Made by a program: the position numbers and the translations under genes. Positions 62,793-64,000 of a DNA stretch of 64,000 nucleotides are shown piece by piece. Numbering within the stretch: position 1 is the first letter of the stretch; the number at the start of each line of letters is the position of its first letter. Below the pieces are notes generated by a model, which saw only the letters and a program-made list of their open reading frames with translations, made no database searches and was not told where the DNA came from. Origin of the DNA: Gemmatimonadota bacterium (GTDB taxonomy: Bacteria; Gemmatimonadota; Gemmatimonadetes; JACCXV01; JAHWKZ01). The stretch covers positions 12,862-76,861 of the forward strand of contig JBOHRW010000150.1 in the NCBI GenBank assembly GCA_050732935.1. Reading direction: 5' to 3'.

Positions 62793-64000
62793 CCGCCGTG
62801 CAGCGGCCGGATGGACGGGTCCTCGTCAGTCGCTACGACCCGGAGTACGCGGTTCAGGCCGAGCGCATCCTGGCGGGCTCCGGGCTCGACGTCGAGATCC
62901 TCGATTCGTTGAAGGAGATGAAGGAGCGCGCCGTGGGTGCCGAGAGCGAGGCGCTCATCGTTCTGACCGGTGGCCTGTCGGAGCCGACGACGACGGATTT
63001 CCTGAGGGGGGTGGCGGAGGCCTCGGCCCCGGTCGCCATTCTGGGGCTCGTCGATCGCGCGGAGCCCGAATGGTCCGAGCGCTATCGGCGGCTCGGCATC
63101 GACGAGCTCCTCGGCAAGCCGTTCGACGCGGATGAGTTGACGATGATCGCGAGGCGCCTGCTCGCCCGCGAGCGCCTGGTCGGGCGGACCCACATCGTGG
63201 GGCGCTCCGAGGCGATCAAGGTGGTCCTCGAGCGCGTCGCTCAGTTCGCGCCCGTGAGCAGCACGGTGCTGATCGAGGGCGACAGCGGCACCGGGAAGGA
63301 GCTGATCGCTCGCGCGATCCACGACCTGTCGCCGCGGGCCGAGCGCCCGTTCATCCCGGTGAACTGTGCGGCCCTCACCGAGAGCTTGCTGGAGTCGGAG
63401 CTCTTCGGTCACGAGAAGGGGGCCTTCACGGGGGCCGCCAGCCTCCGGAAGGGCCGTTTCGAGATCGCCGACCGGGGCACCCTTTTCCTCGACGAGGTGG
63501 GGGAGATGGCGCCATCGACGCAGGTCAGGCTCCTGCGCGCGATCGAGGAACGCGAGTTCATGAGGGTGGGCGGATCCGCGCCGATCCGCGTCGACGTGCG
63601 CGTGATCGCCGCGACCAACAAGGATCTCGCCGCGGCCGTGGAAGCCGGGGAGTTCCGCCGGGATCTCTACTATCGGCTCAACGTCCTCGCGGTCCGCGTG
63701 CCGCCGCTCCGCGAGCGGCGCGAGGACATCCCGCTTCTCATCCACCACTTCGTGCAGCGGTTCTGCCGCGAGAACGACCGGCGGTTCGTGGGAATCACGG
63801 ACGAAGCGATGGCCATCCTTCAGAACTACGACTGGCCCGGCAACGTCCGCGAGCTCCGCAATCTGGTCGAGAGCATGCTGGTCCTGACGCCAGGGACGAA
63901 GATCCGTCCGCGGGACATCCCCGAAGAGATCTACGAGCGGGCCAAACCGGAACGGCTGCTCCCCGTCGCCCTGGGTGAGACCGGAGCCGGGGAAGGGGCA
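62789..64000 (+). CDS. Sigma-54-dependent activator with degenerate (Asp-less) receiver domain; 3' partial
   Basis: An N-terminal 125-aa receiver-like fold retains the KPF motif but lacks the acidic pocket and the phospho-Asp (LIVLTGGL in place of LLDxxMP). It is followed by an AAA+ sigma-54 domain (GDSGTGKE, GAFTGA, ESELFGHEKG, arginine finger). It runs off the window with no stop. Confidence 0.85.
   Translation, partial: MTAVQRPDGRVLVSRYDPEYAVQAERILAGSGLDVEILDSLKEMKERAVGAESEALIVLTGGLSEPTTTDFLRGVAEASAPVAILGLVDRAEPEWSERYRRLGIDELLGKPFDADELTMIARRLLARERLVGRTHIVGRSEAIKVVLERVAQFAPVSSTVLIEGDSGTGKELIARAIHDLSPRAERPFIPVNCAALTESLLESELFGHEKGAFTGAASLRKGRFEIADRGTLFLDEVGEMAPSTQVRLLRAIEEREFMRVGGSAPIRVDVRVIAATNKDLAAAVEAGEFRRDLYYRLNVLAVRVPPLRERREDIPLLIHHFVQRFCRENDRRFVGITDEAMAILQNYDWPGNVRELRNLVESMLVLTPGTKIRPRDIPEEIYERAKPERLLPVALGETGAGEGA

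Overview
This is a very high-GC (about 70%) bacterial chromosomal segment, dense in genes, from a diderm organism. The gene content (LptF/LptG-like permeases, a PilQ secretin, a SprA homolog) suggests a Gemmatimonadota- or Rhodothermota-like lineage related to the FCB group; this lineage call is inference from the sequence alone. Most genes are on the + strand after about 5.4 kb. Reading left to right:

- 0.2-5.2 kb, minus strand: a polysaccharide-type block of three glycosyltransferases (two of them tandem paralogs), an NAD-dependent epimerase and a Gfo/Idh/MocA oxidoreductase.
- 5.5-13.2 kb: a divergently transcribed L-lysine 6-aminotransferase, an S9B dipeptidyl peptidase, an Mth938-like protein, a lipoprotein, a PspC-domain protein, recX, a Zn-dependent alcohol dehydrogenase, a GNAT acetyltransferase and tag.
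- 13.6-17.6 kb: alaS, an unknown Ala-rich ORF and an SIS-domain isomerase.
- 17.6-20.3 kb, minus strand: an lptF/lptG-like permease pair.
- 20.6-26.3 kb: a 1,887-aa SprA homolog (the type IX secretion translocon family), followed directly by a lipoprotein glutaminyl-cyclase-like M28 enzyme.
- 27.3-50.1 kb: an almost complete type IV pilus locus. In order: comEA-like, pilB, pilT, pilC, then a decayed ArsR/SRPBCC remnant, an exported TPR-like protein and an M28 aminopeptidase, then pilS-like and pilR, a sigma-54 promoter and pilA. Two successive fimT-pilV-pilW-pilX minor-pilin sets follow. The locus ends with pilM, pilN, an inserted lipoprotein, pilO, pilP, pilQ and a translationally coupled Ig-like lipoprotein.
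- 50.3-58.5 kb: a Firmicutes-like housekeeping block topA-trmFO-xerC-hslV-hslU, then gcvT.
- 58.4-64.0 kb: a UDP-galactopyranose-mutase-like flavoprotein with a membrane tail, a duplicated small membrane module, a GtrB-like GT2, a secreted thermonuclease, mogA, and a sigma-54 activator with a degenerate receiver domain that runs off the window.

No CRISPR array, rRNA, tRNA or clear mobile element was seen. Every predicted signal-peptidase-I substrate in the window has Gln at +1 (the Bacteroidetes Q-rule), and the glutaminyl-cyclase-like gene sits next to sprA. I did not recognise a canonical defence system.

The long antisense ORFs in the six-frame track are GC-driven artifacts. Several true starts are internal GTG/TTG codons that overlap the preceding stop.
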